From an uncultured bacterium (GTDB lineage: Bacteria; CAIJMQ01): DNA of 25,844 nt. The stretch covers positions 1 to 25,844 of the forward strand of contig CAZNJA010000017.1 in the NCBI GenBank assembly GCA_964573245.1, written 5' to 3'. The notes beneath the pieces were generated by a model that worked only from the letters and a program-made list of their open reading frames with translations, was not told where the DNA came from and did no database searches. Of this stretch, positions 8,129 through 17,712 are shown piece after piece; positions within the stretch are counted from its first letter, which is position 1, and each line of letters begins with the position of its first letter. A program made the position numbers and the translations under genes.

Positions 8129-9826
8129 TTAGTCCATTATTTCCTGAGTTTCGCTCAAAACTTCGGACAAAGTCGTAACACCCTCATAAACTTTTTTTAG
8201 CCCGTCGTCTCTTAAAGTCCTCATCCCAAGTTTTTTTGCTTCGTTCCTGACAGTGCGAGATGATTTTTTTTCCAGTATCATCTTTTCAATTGCTTCTTGA
8301 ATAAGCAGGATTTCAAAGATTGCTATTCTGCCCAAATACCCCTCATGACAATAGGAACACCCTTTGCCTTTGAATAATTTCTTGGGAAGCTCTTCTTTTT
8401 TTACGCCCAACTTTTCAAATTCTATTATTTCATCTCTATTTTCCAACTGATACTCAATTTTACAGTAATGACATATTTTCCTAACTAACCGCTGTGCTAT
8501 TATTGCCCTTACAGAAGAAGTCAAAAGATATGGTTCTACGCCTATATCAATAAGTCTTGTTATGGCTCCAGCCGTATCATTAGTGTGGAGTGTAGAAAAA
8601 ACCAGATGCCCTGTCAAAGAAGCTCTCACAGCAATGTCTACGGTATCCAAATCTCTCATCTCGCCCACCATTATGATATCAGGGTCGTGACGTAGTATTG
8701 AGCGTAAACCGTTTGCAAAGGTAAGATTTATTTCTGGTTTAACTTGTATTTGAGCAATACCCGGCAATTGATATTCTATCGGGTCTTCCACCGTTACTAT
8801 ATTTTTGTCGGGGGAATTTATTCTGGAAAGTGCGGCATAAAGAGTAGTCGTTTTTCCCGAGCCAGTAGGTCCAGTAACCAGAATAATACCATTGGAAAGA
8901 TGAATTAAATCGTCCATAGTTGCATACATTTGTTCATCCAATCCGAGTTCTCCCAAATCAAAAAGACTTGCCCTGTCAAGCAATCTCAAAACAACCCTTT
9001 CTCCTCCAGCAACGGGAATTACAGATACTCGTATATCGATCTCTTTATCGCCCGATTTTATGTCAAATCTTCCGTCCTGGGGCAATCTTCTTTCCGCAAT
9101 GTTCAAACTCGCCATAACCTTTATTCTGGAGACAATCGCCGAATGATAAGATTTGGGAGGATTTAACACGTCATATAAAATGCCGTCTATACGGTATCTT
9201 ATTCTAAGTTTTGCGGGCAACGGCTCTATGTGTATATCGCTTGCCCTTTTTTCGATTGCCTGAAAAATCATTAAGTTTACAAGTTTAATTACCGGTGCCT
9301 TATTGGCAAGGTCCAGCAAATCTTCGGTCTTTTCATCTGCCGCAAATCCAAGCAAGTCCTCTTTCATTTCTTTCATAACATCTTCTGTAGAGCCCGATTC
9401 AGGCCTGTATAACTTATCTAAACTGCTAAGAATTTCTTTTTCACATGCAAGCACCAGTTTGATTTTATATCCGCTAATATTTGCAAGTTCCCCAGTTGGA
9501 GGCAAATTTAAAGGATCCGAAGTCGCTATAGTAAGAACATCTTGATTTATATTTATGGGAAGGAGTTTATAATTTTTAAGAATCTTCAAAGGGATGGTTT
9601 TTAAAGTAGACCCATCGATTTTATCCAAAGAAATTTCGGGAAGGAACGGGATAGACAATATTTTACTGAAAAATTTCAAAAGGCTTTCTTCGCTAATATG
9701 TCCTTCTTTTAACAGTAGTTTGTCAAGACGTTCGTTTCGCTGTTTTGAAAGTTGAAGAAATTTTTCCAATTTTTCTTCATTGATAAGATTTTCTTTAAGG
9801 AGCAACTGGCTGATATCAAATTCCAT
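8129..9826 (-). CDS. gspE: Type II secretion ATPase GspE
   Basis: ASDIHIEP, RRLPQDGR, Walker A GPTGSGKTT, LRHDPDIIMVGEMRD, TGHLVFSTLHTN, tetra-Cys motif. Confidence 0.93.
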   Translation of the reverse strand: MEFDISQLLLKENLINEEKLEKFLQLSKQRNERLDKLLLKEGHISEESLLKFFSKILSIPFLPEISLDKIDGSTLKTIPLKILKNYKLLPININQDVLTIATSDPLNLPPTGELANISGYKIKLVLACEKEILSSLDKLYRPESGSTEDVMKEMKEDLLGFAADEKTEDLLDLANKAPVIKLVNLMIFQAIEKRASDIHIEPLPAKLRIRYRIDGILYDVLNPPKSYHSAIVSRIKVMASLNIAERRLPQDGRFDIKSGDKEIDIRVSVIPVAGGERVVLRLLDRASLFDLGELGLDEQMYATMDDLIHLSNGIILVTGPTGSGKTTTLYAALSRINSPDKNIVTVEDPIEYQLPGIAQIQVKPEINLTFANGLRSILRHDPDIIMVGEMRDLDTVDIAVRASLTGHLVFSTLHTNDTAGAITRLIDIGVEPYLLTSSVRAIIAQRLVRKICHYCKIEYQLENRDEIIEFEKLGVKKEELPKKLFKGKGCSYCHEGYLGRIAIFEILLIQEAIEKMILEKKSSRTVRNEAKKLGMRTLRDDGLKKVYEGVTTLSEVLSETQEIMD

Positions 9827-9830
9827 TTCA

Positions 9831-9983
9831 CCTCGTTAGAGATAGCTCCGACGATACGTCGGAGCGTAACTCATACTTAATATGTGAACACCTTTTGTCT
9901 TTATTTTTAAAGCATTGATATAAATCATAAATTTTTCTTTTTAATCCCCGCCTGCCAAATCTTGGCGGGCAGGTCTAACGGGG
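9831..9983. mobile_element. Long GTTAGA-family element (126 bp plus nested 27-bp unit), reverse orientation, TTCA direct repeats
   Basis: TTCA-CCTCGTTAGAGATA-GCTCCGACG(ATA)CGTCGGAGC-GTAA...ATC[27-bp unit]TCTAACGGGG-TTCA. Confidence 0.75.
9947..9973. repeat. 27-bp REP-like unit (copy 2)
   Basis: Identical to 4750-4776; interrupts the ATCTCTAACGGGG end. Confidence 0.85.
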
Positions 9984-9987
9984 TTCA

Positions 9988-10113
9988 CCCCGATTAGAGA
10001 TCTCACTACAATAAAAGCCCTTATTTAAATAGAATTGTAGAAGCCAAAACAATACAAAACTCTTTTCAAGTAATTACAGAAATGTCAAAAGACATTTCTT
10101 ATCTCTAACGGGG
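9988..10113. mobile_element. 126-bp long GTTAGA-family element, tandem, TTCA direct repeats
   Basis: TTCA-CCCCGATTAGAGAT...TTAC-AGAAATGTC(AAAA)GACATTTCT-TATCTCTAACGGGG-TTCA. Confidence 0.75.
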
Positions 10114-10114
10114 T

Positions 10115-11992
10115 TCACTTAATTGTCTCTTCTATTTTGAATATATCCTGAAGTTCTTTTTTCTGTCGCGTTAATTGTTCTATTTTTTCCTTCTCTCTTA
10201 TAATATAAGGGGTTATGAATATAAGAAGATTTCTCCGCTCGGTTGTTTCTTCTGTCCTTCTAAACAAGTTTCCTATAATCCATATATCGCCCAATAACGG
10301 GACTTTATGTAAAACTTTAGTGCTGTCGTCTCTTATAAGTCCTCCGATAACAATCGTAGAGCCGTCATCTACCGATACGCTTGTCTTTGCTTCTCTTATC
10401 GTTGTTACGGGTAATTCTGTCCCGGTTGATGTGGGAACAAGTTTTGTAACTTTCTGATGTATATCGAGTTTAAGATTATTTTCTACCCCAATGTAAGGTG
10501 TTATTGTCAATTCTATGCCAACATCTTTATATGCATAACTGCTTACGACAGTATCCTGCTCGGTTATACGGGAAGAAGTTAGATAAGGAATGTTCTCGCC
10601 AACTAAGATCTTAGCCTCTTTATTATCTAAAGTAAGTATTTGAGGAGTAGAAAGAATATCAAATCCGGTTTTTTTATGATACGCTTGTATAATCATCCCC
10701 ACATTAGGTATTCCCGCTGTTGTTCCCTTCATAGCCCCCACGATAAGCCCGGAAAACGTCAGTGCTCTTGAGTAAAGAGTTGGTTGTCCGCTGTATTTTG
10801 CACCCCCAAAACCTGTGTACTCATCTTCCATAGGCGCATCTACAGTGCCCCACTCAACGCCCAATTCCGACATTAAATCCATAGACACATCGGCAATCAA
10901 TGCCTCCAAAAAGACCTGCGGTCTTGCGGAATCAAGTTGGTCTATTACTTCTTTGATGTTTTCATACTCTTCGGGCTCCGCGGTAACAATCAAAGAACGC
11001 GTTGATACATCCGCACTAATACTGACGGTTTTCTCGCCTTTTTGAGCATTGTCTTTTCCCAAAGGCATAGCCGAAAGAATTTTAGCCAATTCTTCAGCAT
11101 CAGCATATTTCAATTTATAAATATGTATAGTCTCCCTTCCCGGCGGGGGAAGAATATCCAACTGTTCAATGAGTTTTTTTACTTTGAAAGTATCATCTTT
11201 ATTGGCAACCAAAATAATGGAATTTATACGCTCGTCGGGTATAAGCGTAACTCCTCCGCCAACGGAACCCACAACGCGGGGCACAGCGCCTCTTACGGCT
11301 CTTGTCGGAGTAATTGCTGTTTTGCCTGTACTTTCTACGGCAGTAGTTACTTTTTCGGCAATAGTTTGTGCAGAAGCATATTTAATGGGAATAATGGTGG
11401 TTTCCAATTTCGCACCCGCAATATCAAAATTGTTTATAATAGTTAAAAGTTTACGTATGTTGGAAGATGTATCCGTAACAATTAAAGTATTCGTAGGGGA
11501 ATAAGCAGTTAAATGTCCCTGTGAAGAAATAAGCGCAGAAAGTATAGAAATAATCTGTTGACTGTCCGCATACTCCAGAGGAATCAGTTGAGTAACCATC
11601 TTGTCTTCCATCGGTATTTCGGAAATTTCCTTGCCAATGCCTGTAGGCAAAGCAGACTGCCTGGCAGTTGCTATAGGCACTATTTTCGTAACTCTGCCAG
11701 AAGCTATCGCTGTAAACCCTCTAACTTCAAGCACAGACAAAAATACCGCATATATCTCTTCTACCGGTATCTTGGTCGGCGAGATAATAGTCACATTCCC
11801 TCTGACCCTATCGTCAAGCAAAAAATTCTTTCCCGTAACCTTTGAGACAAAATTAGTAACCACCCTTAAATCCACATCCTCAAAGTTTATAGAGATTAAT
11901 TCTTCTTCAGAGCAAACGTTTAAAAACATTGCTAAAAACAAAATGGCACAGATAACTATTCCCAACCCAGTTTTTTTAATATGTATAATCAT
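10115..11992 (-). CDS. gspD: Type II secretion secretin GspD
   Basis: N0 domain (INFEDVDL...VSKVTGKNFLLDDRVRGNVTIISP), repeated N domains, secretin motifs QVFLEALI, LSTPQILTLDN, KVPLLGDI...GNLFR, LLIFITP. Confidence 0.93.
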   Translation of the reverse strand: MIIHIKKTGLGIVICAILFLAMFLNVCSEEELISINFEDVDLRVVTNFVSKVTGKNFLLDDRVRGNVTIISPTKIPVEEIYAVFLSVLEVRGFTAIASGRVTKIVPIATARQSALPTGIGKEISEIPMEDKMVTQLIPLEYADSQQIISILSALISSQGHLTAYSPTNTLIVTDTSSNIRKLLTIINNFDIAGAKLETTIIPIKYASAQTIAEKVTTAVESTGKTAITPTRAVRGAVPRVVGSVGGGVTLIPDERINSIILVANKDDTFKVKKLIEQLDILPPPGRETIHIYKLKYADAEELAKILSAMPLGKDNAQKGEKTVSISADVSTRSLIVTAEPEEYENIKEVIDQLDSARPQVFLEALIADVSMDLMSELGVEWGTVDAPMEDEYTGFGGAKYSGQPTLYSRALTFSGLIVGAMKGTTAGIPNVGMIIQAYHKKTGFDILSTPQILTLDNKEAKILVGENIPYLTSSRITEQDTVVSSYAYKDVGIELTITPYIGVENNLKLDIHQKVTKLVPTSTGTELPVTTIREAKTSVSVDDGSTIVIGGLIRDDSTKVLHKVPLLGDIWIIGNLFRRTEETTERRNLLIFITPYIIREKEKIEQLTRQKKELQDIFKIEETIK

Positions 11993-11996
11993 AAAT

Positions 11997-12854
11997 TTAT
12001 TGTTTTATTTCATAAGTTAAAGTTTCGGTCGAATCCCCCCTTGAAACTTCCAGTTGAATGGAAGAAGACTTTTCCAAGTTTCTATAAAACTCGAAAATCT
12101 TTTTCGGACTATCTATCGTCTCGCCATTTATTTTTGTCACAACGTCGCCTTTCTTCATACCCATTGCCAAAGCTATACTCCCCTGGTTGATATCGTCAAT
12201 TCTAAATCCTTCCATTTTCCCGTCCGAAAAGTGAGGTCTAATTTTTAAATCGGACATAATCTGCGAAACATTTCTTGTAGCCTGAAGGACATCTTCCCTG
12301 CTTAAAACCCACTTATTAGGGGAAGGATTCTCTATACTTGGGAAATCAGACAGTGATGGCCTCTCGGCAACGATACGTTCCTCGGTTGTTTTAAGTTTCT
12401 CCCCTTGTTCGTCAATATATAAAATCATTTTTTGTGTACCTTTCATCAATACCACGCTATCAGCCATAATTTCGCTTACTTCCATGTCCTGTATTTTATC
12501 ACCTTTCTGATAAAGGTCATCTCTTCGCTTGCTTTTATCTTCAATTATACAAAATGTGAATTCTTCGGCACCTACCACCGTCCCTTTTAATTTTAAAGAC
12601 AGGGGCTGCGAGGATGTGGCAATGGATTTTGGAGCTTCGCTAATATTAAATAAATTTCTTTTGTAAATTACCGCATAGCCGGAAAGACTCTTCTCGGATT
12701 TTACAAGAGAGTGCACTTCAGCGGAAATCGGCAAAATAGAAGCCTCCGCCTTTTCTTTTTCATAAGACTTAAAAAAGAAAAAAACATCCAGTAAAAGAAA
12801 TGCTATAACAATACACAGAAAAAGGTCTAAATATTTAACCCAGTTTCTTCTCAT
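11997..12854 (-). CDS. gspC: Type II secretion protein GspC with PDZ domain
   Basis: N-terminal TM, HR domain (LKLKGTV...IIED), PDZ (EGFRI...GMKKGDVVTKING); directly upstream of gspD. Confidence 0.82.
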   Translation of the reverse strand: MRRNWVKYLDLFLCIVIAFLLLDVFFFFKSYEKEKAEASILPISAEVHSLVKSEKSLSGYAVIYKRNLFNISEAPKSIATSSQPLSLKLKGTVVGAEEFTFCIIEDKSKRRDDLYQKGDKIQDMEVSEIMADSVVLMKGTQKMILYIDEQGEKLKTTEERIVAERPSLSDFPSIENPSPNKWVLSREDVLQATRNVSQIMSDLKIRPHFSDGKMEGFRIDDINQGSIALAMGMKKGDVVTKINGETIDSPKKIFEFYRNLEKSSSIQLEVSRGDSTETLTYEIKQ

Positions 12855-14002
12855 ATCTTTTTCATTATACTACTCGCTTCTGTTCTTGCCCACTGGTCCG
12901 CCTGCAAAACGTTAGACACGTTTTGCTCGGGATTAGGGCTATGCCTTTGCATAACTAATTCGCAGACCTGCCAAATTTGTGGAAACGTTATTTCCCCTTC
13001 TAAAAACGCCTCCACAGCCATTTCGTTTGACGCATTAAGAACTGCCGGCATGGTCCCGCCGGTTCTGCCGGCCGAATAGGCAAGTTTTAATGCGGGGAAT
13101 TTTTCTTCGTCCGGCTTGAAAAAAGTAAGTTTCGAGATTTCGCTTAAATCGACCCGCTTGAATCGGCTTTTCGTTCTCTTTGGATATGTCAGAATATATT
13201 TAATCGTGATTCTCATATCGGTATCGGACAATACGGCAAATATTATGCCATCCATAAATTCCACTAGGGAATGAACAATAGACTGCGGATGAATTATTAT
13301 GTCAATTTTATCCCAATCCAAACCAAAAAACCATTTGGCGGCAATAACCTCAAACCCTTTGTTCATCAAGGTCGCAGAATCTATGGTAATCTTTGAACCC
13401 ATTTTCCATGTGGGATGAGAAAGAGCATCTCTTATCTTGATAGAAGAGAATTTATTCCTGTCGTAATTATAAAAAGGCCCGCCTGAAGCTGTTAAAGTGA
13501 TTTTATGAATTTCCTCCCTTTTTTCTTTGTCTATACTTTGAAAAATAGAACAATGCTCGCTGTCTAAAGGGAAGATTTCCACATTTTGTTTTTTTGCCTG
13601 CGCCATGACTTCTTCGCCGGCGATTACCAAAACCTCTTTATTGGAAAGTGCTATATCATTCCCGCTTTTTATGGATTCCAACACAGGTGACATTCCCGCA
13701 GAACCGACTAAAGCCACAACAACCAAGTCAACTTTTTGGCCGGCAAGTTCCCTAATACCTTCACTGCCAACAAAAATTTTACCCAAAGAGCCTTTAAATT
13801 TTTTTTTGAATTGTTCTGCTTTTGCTTCGTCAGCGATTGCAACCCATTTAGGATGAAATTTTTTGACCTGTTTGGCCAAAAGTTCTATATTCTCCCGAAC
13901 GCTCAAGCCAACAACTTTAAATTGCCCGCTTAATCCGGATATAACTTCAAGAGTGTTTTGGCCGATTGAACCCGTAGAGCCAAGAATCGTAATTTCTTTC
14001 AT
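12851..14002 (-). CDS. dxr: 1-deoxy-D-xylulose 5-phosphate reductoisomerase
   Basis: ILGSTGSIG, NKE, DSEH, LTASGGPF, HPTWKMGSKITIDSATLMNKG, HPQSIVHS; ATG 14002. Confidence 0.95.
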   Translation of the reverse strand: MKEITILGSTGSIGQNTLEVISGLSGQFKVVGLSVRENIELLAKQVKKFHPKWVAIADEAKAEQFKKKFKGSLGKIFVGSEGIRELAGQKVDLVVVALVGSAGMSPVLESIKSGNDIALSNKEVLVIAGEEVMAQAKKQNVEIFPLDSEHCSIFQSIDKEKREEIHKITLTASGGPFYNYDRNKFSSIKIRDALSHPTWKMGSKITIDSATLMNKGFEVIAAKWFFGLDWDKIDIIIHPQSIVHSLVEFMDGIIFAVLSDTDMRITIKYILTYPKRTKSRFKRVDLSEISKLTFFKPDEEKFPALKLAYSAGRTGGTMPAVLNASNEMAVEAFLEGEITFPQIWQVCELVMQRHSPNPEQNVSNVLQADQWARTEASSIMKKI

Positions 14003-14111
14003 AATATTTTTATTTCGCCTTAGGGCAAAGCGGGATGATGCAACGGACTGCTTTAACCCAATATTCAAGACGAGCGCAGGAACAAAAGCAGACAGAAAGA
14101 AAGTAAAATGC

Positions 14112-14357
14112 TTATGAGGTAATAATGCTTACAGATTTTTTCTTCTTTCCAGTGTAAGATACAATCCCATCCGTTTTAGCAAAAATAGTATGGTCAGACC
14201 CCAATCCTACATTTTTACCTGGCTTAATTCTGGTTCCTCTTTGCCTTATGATGATATTTCCCGCTTTAACTCTTTCACCACCAAATTTCTTAATACCGAG
14301 TCTTTTGGCTACTGAATCTCGACCTTGATTATTCGAACTACCACCGGCTTGTGCCAT
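14112..14357 (-). CDS. rpmA: 50S ribosomal protein L27
   Basis: GRDS..KRLG.K.FGG..V.AGNII.RQRGT...G.NVG.G.DHT.FA..DG.V; AGGAGG RBS. Confidence 0.95.
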   Translation of the reverse strand: MAQAGGSSNNQGRDSVAKRLGIKKFGGERVKAGNIIIRQRGTRIKPGKNVGLGSDHTIFAKTDGIVSYTGKKKKSVSIITS

Positions 14358-14386
14358 ATTAAAACCTCCTTACAATTGAGGGAGTG

Positions 14387-14415
14387 ATTATAATCTATAA
14401 AATATAACGAATCAA
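14387..14415 (-). promoter_or_regulatory. Sigma70-type promoter for rpmA
   Basis: TTGATT-17 bp-TATAAT on the minus strand. Confidence 0.55.
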
Positions 14416-14596
14416 GATATAAAGATAACGTTCATAGACATTTAACGGTTTTAAACCAAAATAGATAATATTGGGAGGACATGCGTGTAAATATGCCAAA
14501 AACACTGCGAATAGGTGTTACATAGAGAACACGACAATATTGTAATTATAAAATATTACGAAAAAAGACTTGTTTCCCTCAACAAATAGATACAAG

Positions 14597-17500
14597 TTAT
14601 TTCTTGTTTCTTAATTGAAGAATCCTTTCTTCAAATATTGTGTATAGGATAGGAATGAAGATTAGAGTCAAAATAAATGACATTATAAGTCCACCAACTA
14701 CTGTTAGGGATAGGGGAACCCAAATCTCAGAACCTTCTCCTTTTGATAAAGCTAATGGGATCAACCCGAAAACAGTGGTAAGCGTGGTCATAAGAACGGG
14801 TCTTAATCTTAACCTTCCCGCTTCTACTACTGCTTCATGAAGTTCGACTCCTTTTCCTCTTAACTGTTTTATAAAGCTTACCAACACTATCCCTGTTTCA
14901 ACTCCTATCCCCACTATCATTATCAGTCCAATGAAGGACACAATAGAAAGGGTATTGCCACTTAAAAACAATGCCCATGCCACCCCAATCATTGCAAAGG
15001 GAATAGCGAACATTATGACAAACGGGTCGATTAAAGACTCGAATTGAGACGCCATAATCATGAATACCAAGATTATTCCCAATATTAATGCCAGAAAGAG
15101 CTGACGAAAACTTTTTGCCATCTCCTCATGCTCCCCGCTAAAGTATATAGAAAATCCCGAGGGCAGGGAAACTTTAGATAATTTTGCTTTTGCCTCTTCT
15201 ACTACACTGCCCAGGTCTCTGCCATAAATTTCACCTTCTATTTTCACTACTCTCTCTCTTCCTCTACGCTCTATCTCCAAAGGTCCGGTAGTCCTTTCTA
15301 TATGGGATATTTGAGATAAGGGTATTTTCCCACCTATCGGAAGCGTTAGGGATAGATTTTCTATATCTTCCAACTTTTTTCTGTCTTCTTCCCTTAATTT
15401 CAGTTCTATATCGTATTCTTCCCCTTCCTCTCTATACCAGCTTACTACATTGCCTTTGAAACAAGTTTCTATGGTGTGAGAGATATCCGCGACATTTAAT
15501 CCCAATAAGGAGGCTTTGTCTCTGTCTATAATGATTTGCAGTTCAGGCTTGCCTGATTTTCTTGAAATTTCTATATCTCCCACACCTCTTATACTTTTAA
15601 GAATTTCCGCTATTTTGTCTGAAAGAATTTTTGCCTCTTGCAAATCGTAACCTCTTAGTTCCACGGAAAGCGGTTTTGCCCCGCCGAACATTATTTGCGA
15701 CATGCCTGCGGGATCATATCTCACTTCGGCATCGGGGAAACTCTTAAATTTATCCTTTAATTCGTAAGCTATTTCCCGGGGGCTTCTTTTTCTTTCCTCT
15801 TTGGAAATGAGTTTGAGGGATATCATTCCGATATTAGAACCTTCTTCTCCTCCCATTAACATTTTTCTCTCCATTCCGCTTCCGCTGCTCAGTCCGGCGG
15901 TAGAATAACCAACTCCTATCTCGGGAACTTCTTTATATATGATATCTATTACTTCATCCGTAATTTTAGATGTCTTTTCATATCTTGTACCCATAGGTAA
16001 AGTTATATTGAAAGACATTGTCCCTTCATCTTCCTCCGGGAAAAATTCGGTCCCGATAAATCCTATTACTGCCAAACTTATCAAAAGAAGTAAACTGCTT
16101 CCTGTAATTACCCTCTTGCGGTGTTTCAAAGCCCAGGATAATAAGTTTTGATAGCTTGCCTCCATTTTTTTGAAATTTCTTTCGGTTGTCTCATAAATTT
16201 TATCCGGAATTCCCTTCTTCTCTTTAGAATCAGGAATTTTCATCTTAACGAATTTTGAGGAAAGCATAGGAACAAGCATAAGCGCTGTAAACAAAGAAGA
16301 TATAAGAGCAAAGGAAATCACATAAGCAAGTTGTTTAAAAAATACCGCAGTAAGGCCGCCTGTAAAGATTATGGGAACAAATATAGCTATCATGCACAAA
16401 ACAGATGCAAATACGGCTCCTGCTACTTCGCTTCCGCCTTTGATACAAGAATCTTTTAAGTTTTCACCTTCCTCTAAATGGCGATGAATATTTTCATAAA
16501 CAACAATTGACGCGTCGACCACCATTCCTATGACTATTGCCAATGAAGCAAGTGAAATGATGTTTATCGTATAACCCGCCATGTATAAGAAAATGAGAGA
16601 AGCAATAAGTGAGACAGGAATAGCGCTTGCCACGATTAATGAAGAACGGAAACTGCCTAAAAATAAAAAGATAATAATAATTACTAAAATCCCTCCTATT
16701 AAAAGAGAATCCTTTAAATTATTTATGGACTTAATAATTTGGTCGGAGGAATCCATTATCGGCTGTGAAAATTCAACATCGCCGGGAAGATTTTTCTTCA
16801 ATTCGTCAAGTTTTTTAAACACTTCCGTGCATACATCGACGGTATTTGCACCAGATTCCTTTTGAATCGAAATAGCCAATCCAGAATGCCTGTTTATTTT
16901 CGTCTCTCCGGTAGTTTCCTTAAAAGAATCTTTAACCCGGGCAATATCTTTAATCTTCACCACATTCCCGTTGAAATTGCCTACTACTACATTCTCTATT
17001 TCCAATATTTCCAATTCTTCCGGCACTCTTAAAACATATTCTAAATTCTCTGTTCTGATATATCCGCCCGGCGTAGATAAATTCCCCGCTCTTAACATAT
17101 TTTCTATTTGGGTTATAGATATGTTATAAGCGTTGAGCCGCTGGGCATCCAATTCCACTAAAATTGCCCTTTCCAAACCTCCTCTTACTATTACATTTGC
17201 TATGCCCGGTATGCTTTCCAACGGAATAGCCACCTCGTCTTCCAAAAGTTTTTTAAGGCGGGGGTAAGATTCTTGTGCGGAAACGCCGTATACCAGAACA
17301 GGCATCATGGAAAGATCAAATTTGAAGATTAAAGGGGCATCGGCATCTGTGGGAAGCCGCGGCTTGACCATGTCAAGTTTATCTCTCACGTCATTTATTG
17401 CATTGTCTAAATTAGCCCCCCACTTAAACCTCAAACTTACAACAGATATACCTTCCGAAGAAGAAGCCTCTATCTTATCCAAGTCTTCCACGGTAGCCAG

Positions 17501-17710
17501 TTGTTCTTCAGTTACACGGGTAATCCTTTCTTCCACTTCTTCCGGTCCTACTCCGGTATAAGTGGTAATAACCGCAATAGTGGGTATTTCTATATCCGGA
17601 AGCATGTCTAACCCCATGCGGGTTAAAGAAACTCCGCCCAATATAATAACCCCAATAAATATCATCGCGGTCGTAACTGCTCTTTTTACTCCTAATTCTG
17701 GTAGATTCAT
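14597..17710 (-). CDS. RND efflux permease (AcrB/AcrD/AcrF family)
   Basis: 1037 aa, RND topology, MASQFES..DPF.IM..IP, RLRPVLMTT.TT..GL.PLA. Confidence 0.93.
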   Translation of the reverse strand: MNLPELGVKRAVTTAMIFIGVIILGGVSLTRMGLDMLPDIEIPTIAVITTYTGVGPEEVEERITRVTEEQLATVEDLDKIEASSSEGISVVSLRFKWGANLDNAINDVRDKLDMVKPRLPTDADAPLIFKFDLSMMPVLVYGVSAQESYPRLKKLLEDEVAIPLESIPGIANVIVRGGLERAILVELDAQRLNAYNISITQIENMLRAGNLSTPGGYIRTENLEYVLRVPEELEILEIENVVVGNFNGNVVKIKDIARVKDSFKETTGETKINRHSGLAISIQKESGANTVDVCTEVFKKLDELKKNLPGDVEFSQPIMDSSDQIIKSINNLKDSLLIGGILVIIIIFLFLGSFRSSLIVASAIPVSLIASLIFLYMAGYTINIISLASLAIVIGMVVDASIVVYENIHRHLEEGENLKDSCIKGGSEVAGAVFASVLCMIAIFVPIIFTGGLTAVFFKQLAYVISFALISSLFTALMLVPMLSSKFVKMKIPDSKEKKGIPDKIYETTERNFKKMEASYQNLLSWALKHRKRVITGSSLLLLISLAVIGFIGTEFFPEEDEGTMSFNITLPMGTRYEKTSKITDEVIDIIYKEVPEIGVGYSTAGLSSGSGMERKMLMGGEEGSNIGMISLKLISKEERKRSPREIAYELKDKFKSFPDAEVRYDPAGMSQIMFGGAKPLSVELRGYDLQEAKILSDKIAEILKSIRGVGDIEISRKSGKPELQIIIDRDKASLLGLNVADISHTIETCFKGNVVSWYREEGEEYDIELKLREEDRKKLEDIENLSLTLPIGGKIPLSQISHIERTTGPLEIERRGRERVVKIEGEIYGRDLGSVVEEAKAKLSKVSLPSGFSIYFSGEHEEMAKSFRQLFLALILGIILVFMIMASQFESLIDPFVIMFAIPFAMIGVAWALFLSGNTLSIVSFIGLIMIVGIGVETGIVLVSFIKQLRGKGVELHEAVVEAGRLRLRPVLMTTLTTVFGLIPLALSKGEGSEIWVPLSLTVVGGLIMSFILTLIFIPILYTIFEERILQLRNKK

Positions 17711-17712
17711 TT

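Noticed and set aside
9974-9998. Classical integron attC site (TCTAAC...GTTAGA resembles the R boxes)
   Set aside because: Too short, no L boxes, no cassette ORFs and no integrase; kept only as an analogy.
5394-10117. CRISPR array interpretation of the repeated ends with unique interiors
   Set aside because: The repeats are inverted terminal pairs, at most two units in tandem, dispersed over the window, and there are no cas genes.
14003-14068. N-terminal extension of Dxr from the TTG at 14068 (similar extensions for dapA, rpmB, nadC, the kinase and the first pilin)
   Set aside because: Family homology and/or RBS position favour the downstream ATG.
14473-14525. Tiny plus-strand ORF MRVNMPKTLRIGVT after GGGAGG
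   Set aside because: SD-ATG spacing is only 2 nt, the ORF is 14 codons, and there is no other support.
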